A DNA stretch of 64,000 bases from an uncultured Actinomycetes bacterium (lineage in GTDB: Bacteria > Actinomycetota > Thermoleophilia > Gaiellales > Gaiellaceae): assembly GCA_963734285.1 (NCBI GenBank), contig CAVTGM010000009.1, positions 8,663 through 72,662 on the forward strand, read 5' to 3'. Every line of letters begins with the position of its first letter. The first letter of the stretch is position 1. Under the pieces are notes generated by a model, which was not told the DNA's origin, did no database searches, and saw nothing but the letters and a program-made list of their open reading frames with translations. The translations under genes and the position numbers were made by a program. Positions 59,563-64,000 of the stretch are shown piece after piece.

Positions 59563-59823
59563 ATGCGCAGCGCACAACGCGCTGCAGACCGTCCAAAGGT
59601 GGCGCTGCTCGACGATCCCCTGGGCGAGCCGCGCTTGTACAAGCATACCCCCAGAGTCGGGAGCGTCAACCTGGCCGAGGAGGGCTTGGCGGGATGGTGC
59701 TCGTCGCGGGGATGCGCTGGGCGGATGCGATGCAAGGACGCAGGGAGCGTTCGTAGCTCTACTACGGACGCGACCGAGGACGCAGCAGCGCGCCGCTCCA
59801 GCGCACCATCCGCGACACAGCCA

Positions 59824-60426
59824 CTATCGCGCCAAGCCCTCCCTAGCCCCTAGGCCTCCGAAGATGGCGAACGGGTTCTGGGGAGTCGTCTCCCAGACGA
59901 CCTCGCCGCCTGCCTCGACCTGACCGTGCAGGCGCGCGGCGAGCGCGTCGGCGTCCTCCTTCGAGGCCGTGCCGACGATGAGGTAGTTGAAGCTCCGTAC
60001 GGGCCGGTAGCCCTCGGACTCGAGCTGCGTCCTCGAGCTTCTTCGCCTCCGCGCGAGACGCGGACTGGACACGCACCTCCCAGGGCGCGAAGCCGCGGTC
60101 GAGCTCCTCCTCTTCCCACGTCTCGCCCTTCGGCTCGTCGTCCCAGCGCTCCTCGTCCTCGAGCCAGTGCTCGATGCTGCTTGCTCTCGCGTCGCCGCCG
60201 AGGCTCTTCAGCTGCGACTCGACCACCTGCTGCGCGTGCTCGGCCTCCGTGCGCGACGACGCGTAGACGAAGATCTCGTCGCCGTCGCGCGAGACCGCCA
60301 GCCGGCTCTGCGAGAGCGCCTGCGCGAGCTCGCGCGCCTCCTCGTCCAGCTCGGCTCCGAGCCGGTCGAGCAGGCCGCCGGCGTGCGTTTCTTCGACTTC
60401 GATGCGGATGCGCCAGTCGTCGGCCA
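59824..60426 (-). pseudogene. Hypothetical acidic protein, frame broken near 60037
   Basis: GTG 60426 gives VADDWRIRIEVEETHAGGLLDRLG...RAEAKKLED (tail of ORF 59843..62200). It continues QLESEGYRPVRSFNYLIVGTASKEDADALAARLHG in ORF 59824..60072. The two halves look like similar small alpha/beta domains. Confidence 0.5.
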
Positions 60427-60438
60427 CGGGCCGCGAGC

Positions 60439-61723
60439 TTACCGTTCGAGCACCCTCATCGACGGGTCGGCGTACAGGAGCTTCCATCCGCGCGACCGCC
60501 ACGGCGCCAGCGGCTGGCGCTTCGGGTCGAGAACGACGAGCTGCGCGCCGGCGGCGTCGGTGCCGTCCTCGAAGCGGACGAGCCGGTTCAGCTCCGCGCG
60601 CGTGAGCAGCTCGAAGCGGATGTCGGCGATCACGCGGCCTGCGAGGCGCGGGTCCTGCCAGAGGACGAAGTCGGCGTGGCGGTCGTCGGCGATCACGTGC
60701 GCCTGCGGCGACCGTGCCGCCGCGCGGTCCAGCGACGGCGGCGCCTCGCGTCGACCAGTTCTTCTTCTGGTGCGTCGACACGGCCCCAGGGAAGGCGACG
60801 ATGCCGACCGCGACCACGACCACGGTCCCGAGCAGGACGCCGGCACGCGCGGGTGCGGCGAAGCGCATGCCGGGCATGCGCCGCACGTGCACGAGCGGCG
60901 GCACCACGATGAGCGCCGCGAGCGCGAACCACGTGATGCTCCGCTTCGCGTCGAACGCGACGACGAGCAGCGCGGTGCACACGGCGAGCTCGGTCGGAGT
61001 CAGTTCATCGCGCTTGCGCACGATCGCGACGACGGCAACGAGCGCGAGCACGTAGAACGGCGCGACCGCGAGCGACGGCGTCGACGCTTTCCACTCGGAG
61101 ACGAGGGAGGCGAACGGCGGGTCGACCGTCATCGTGCGGTAGTACGACGCGATGCCGAAGCCGTACGGATTGGCCGCGAGCGCGAGGACGCCTCCGCCTG
61201 CGAGCGCGGCAGCGCGAAGGATGCCGCGGCGCACGGTCACGAGCGCGTGCAGCCCGAGGATGCCTGCGCCGAGAATCGCCGTCCCGTGCAGGTTCCCCCA
61301 CAGCGCGATGAGCGGCAGCGCGAGGAAGACGCGCGGCGACCGCTGCCGGCTGTCGCTGAAGACGAGCGCGAGCAGGCAGACGAAGAGCGGAAGCGCGAAC
61401 GTCTGCGCGCGCGCCTGCCACGCCCACGGCGCGACGACGATCGTGAACGGCGCCCAGAAGAGCAATGCAAGTCCCGACGCACCCCGCATGCGCGAGAGCA
61501 CGACCGCGAGAACCCAGGCGATGCCGCTCAGCAGCGCGCTGAGCGCGAGCACCGCACGGACGCCGCCGAACGAATACGTCTTGTAGAAGACGAGCTGCGC
61601 GAGCCACTGCTGGTCGATCCACGTTCGCCCGTGCGCCCACACCGTGAGCAGCTCGTGGTGCGGGATGCCGGAGCTCGCGACGAGCCGTCCGGCGACGAGC
61701 GTCAACCACGAGTCCTGGACCAT
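60439..61723 (-). pseudogene. Polytopic membrane protein (about 10 TM, glycosyltransferase-39/ArnT-like topology), frame broken near 60754
   Basis: TM-rich segment MVQDSWLTLVAGRL...VVVAVGIVAFPGAVSTHQKKNW (ORF 59843..62200), then a soluble tail RREAPPSLDRAAARSPQAHVIADDRHADFVLWQDP...MRVLER (ORF 60439..60846). The start is uncertain (ATG 61723, or upstream). Confidence 0.5.
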
Positions 61724-61785
61724 CGCGTTCGGTTCCGCAATGGCGAGCAGCGCGAGACACGCCGCCGCCGCCGCGGCGGTCGTGA

Positions 61786-62352
61786 CTAGTGAACTGCGAT
61801 CCGGCTCGGCGGCCAATACGTGACGAGCACCGGCCCGACGAGGTCGTGGCGCGGGACGGACCCCCACACGCGCGAGTCGCACGAGTGGATCCGGTCGTCG
61901 CCCATGAAGAAGTAGTGACCCGCGGGTACGTGCCATGTCCCAGACATGTGATCGCGGAACTCGACATACCTTTCGCGCAGCGGCGTCCCGTCGATGGCGA
62001 TGAGGCCGTTCCGCTCGGTGACCGTCTCGCCTGGCAGGCCGATCAGGCGCTTGACGAAGGTCGAGCCGCCGTCGCCGGTAGCGCACTTCGATGCCGTCGC
62101 CGGCGCCTTGAACACGACGATCTGCCCGCGCTTCGGGCTCTCGAAGTCGTATGCCAGCCGGTTGACGAGGACGCGGTCGTTGAAGCTGCCGAGGCACCAC
62201 GCGCCCGGCTTCGCGCAGTGGAGCGCGGGCTCCATCGACGACGACGGGATGCGATACGGCTTCGCGACCTCGGCCTCGAACGCGAGCACCAGGACGGTCG
62301 CGAATCCGATCGTGAGGGCCCAGTCAGCCGGCCTGCGCCACGGACGAGACAT
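61786..62352 (-). CDS. lepB: Signal peptidase I (bacterial P-type, S26A)
   Basis: YRIPSSSMEPAL (catalytic Ser), KRLIGLPGE (catalytic Lys) and FFMGDDRIHSCDSR. 188 aa. Confidence 0.85.
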   Translation of the reverse strand: MSRPWRRPADWALTIGFATVLVLAFEAEVAKPYRIPSSSMEPALHCAKPGAWCLGSFNDRVLVNRLAYDFESPKRGQIVVFKAPATASKCATGDGGSTFVKRLIGLPGETVTERNGLIAIDGTPLRERYVEFRDHMSGTWHVPAGHYFFMGDDRIHSCDSRVWGSVPRHDLVGPVLVTYWPPSRIAVH

Positions 62353-63935
62353 CGGCCACGAGTGTAGGCCGAGTCCCCGCGGCTTCGTAGCGGTAGAGCA
62401 CGCCGTCCTCCGCGACGAAGTACGCGTCCTGCCCGGCGACCTTCTCGTGGAGGATCATCCGGTCGTAGCGCTCTGCGATGCGTCCGAGCGCCGCCATGTC
62501 GGAGACGACGACGACCCGCTGCGTCGACGGGTCGCGCACGTGCACCACCTGCACGAGCAGGTTGCGGTAGCGCGAGAGGATGCTGTCCGCCTCGGTCCCG
62601 TGCATCCGATGCCCGAGCAGGTCGCCGATGCCGAAGCCGGCCAGGAAGCAGAGCGCGGCGAAGAGGCAGACGAGCGAGAAGATGCGCATCGCGCTGACGG
62701 TGAAGTGCTTGCCGAGGATCGCGAACGAGGCGGGCAGCATCTTCGTCGCGCTCACGCTTCCCGATGCCGAGGGCTTCAGCGGGTTCGCCGGGTCGGGCGT
62801 GCTCGGATGTCCGACCGCGCCCGGGAGTGTCGGCTGCGAGCTCGTTCGCGTCGAGCGAGAACCCGAGTTGCGGCGTGTAGACGGCACTGAGGCGAGACCC
62901 GGTGACGGCGCCGCCGATCCGCACGAACGGCGTGAGCGTGAACGTGTAGCTGCTGCGAACCTGCGTCGTCGTCTCGAGGTGCGCGACCAGCGCGGCGAAG
63001 CTGCTCAGGTCGATCGCGCCGTGCACGCTCGCGCGGTCGCCGCTGAACGGCTGCGGCTTCGCGAGCGTGAACGTCCGCGTCCATCCAGTCGACGACGCGA
63101 GCGTCGCGGCGAGGCCGATGGTGCCGGCGACGCGATGGTACGCAGAGCTGGAGAAGCGGTACGAGAATCCGACGTCCGCCGAGCGCACGAGGCGAAGGAA
63201 GAGCGGGTCGCCCGTCGTGACACGGCCGTCCGGATACGCCGCTCCGGGAGTGGTGACGGCGGAGTAGGCGAACGTCCCGGACTGTGTGTACGGGACGGCG
63301 AACGGCGCGGGTGCGCGCGAAGGTTTCGTGAACGCGACCACGGTGAGCAGGCCGGCGAGCGCGACCGCGACGCCGAAGCCGACGACAGGCCCGCTCGGCG
63401 CGCGCGTCGGGAGCCGCAGGCGGAAGGTCGGCGCGCGCGCCGCGCGCAGGCGCTTTCGGCGCAGCTGCTTCTTCGTGGACAGGCTGCTCGCGAACAGGAG
63501 CAGTCCGAAGAGCACCGCGAGCGCGACCGAGCCCGGGCGCCGTAGCGGGCCGAGGTGCGAGCCGAGCCCGGGCACGTGCAGCCAGAGCCTTCCGACGAGC
63601 TGCGACTTCGTCGGATGCTCCATGTCGACGAAGTCGTTGTTGTCGCCCTTGAAGATGTAGCGGTCGCCCTCGGTCCGGATGATCCGGTGGAGGATGATCG
63701 TGTGCAGCAGGCGGCTCCGGTACGCGACGATCTCGCCGACGTGGTAGCCGCTCTCCGCGCGGACGATCGCGAGGTCGCCGGCGTGGAAGCGCGGCTGCAT
63801 GCTGATGCCGTCGGTGACGACGTACGTCGCTTCCCCGCCGAGCGCGGTGGGTGCGAGGAGGACCCACGCGGTCGCAAGCGTCCCCAGGGTCAAGGCCCCG
63901 GAGACCATCTGCTTGGGGGTGAGCGAGATCCTCAT
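62324..63935 (-). pseudogene. ER/archaeal-type (SipW-like, S26B) signal peptidase fused to a long multi-TM C-terminal extension, frame broken near 62830
   Basis: The N-terminal ~130 aa have TDGISMQPRFHAGDLAIV, ILHRII and IFKGDNNDFVD (SipW-type Ser/His). Two TM helices and a ~230-aa Ser/Thr/Ala-rich region follow. ORF 62324..62887 continues with another TM helix and a soluble domain. Confidence 0.6.
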
Positions 63936-64000
63936 GTGCGGGGAGAGGTAGGAGCGGCCGGCGGGGCCGGCCGCTCCTTGTGAGGCTGATCGCTTTACGG

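Noticed and set aside
36340-62830. Programmed ribosomal frameshifting as the explanation for the frame breaks.
   Set aside because: The breaks occur in unrelated housekeeping genes, lack slippery heptamers or downstream pseudoknots, and go in both directions. No family involved is known to use recoding.

Overview
High-GC (~70%) chromosomal window of actinobacterial type; a Thermoleophilia/Rubrobacteria-like origin is only a guess from gene content and codon bias. It is densely packed with about 70 protein genes on both strands plus one tRNA-Arg(CCT). I saw no rRNA, CRISPR array, transposase or integrase. Most genes are ordinary metabolism and transport: aconitase, acetyl-CoA synthetase, NAD synthase, a CoxSLM/Xdh-type molybdoenzyme with MocA, several peptidases (M14, M16, M20, M24), ABC and MFS transporters, a SigR/RsrA-like sigma/anti-sigma pair, ClpS, PAC2 and LepB. 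Five things stand out. (1) An AhpD/CMD-family gene carries an in-frame TGA exactly at the second catalytic Cys (C-P-F-U-T-E-A-H), followed by an fdhF-like SECIS hairpin with a GGUC loop; selD lies in the same window, so this is a candidate selenoprotein. (2) An XRE-HTH/TPR regulator is followed 22 nt later by a 35-codon signal-peptide-like ORF. This is the RNPP (PlcR-PapR, NprR-NprX, AimR-AimP) quorum-sensing layout, which I do not know from high-GC bacteria. (3) The 770-bp non-coding region upstream of that regulator holds an orphan ~170-nt transcript unit with a near-consensus promoter and an intrinsic terminator, plus a hairpin-dense ~430-bp imperfect palindrome. (4) A 175-bp tandem duplication inside an SF2 helicase gene has copies that differ almost only at synonymous third positions. 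(5) I count about 21 reading-frame breaks, 19 of them in 36-63 kb, including three in a second acyl-CoA synthetase paralogue. These indicate either low local assembly quality or regional gene decay. All product calls come from reading motifs in the supplied translations; no database search was possible.
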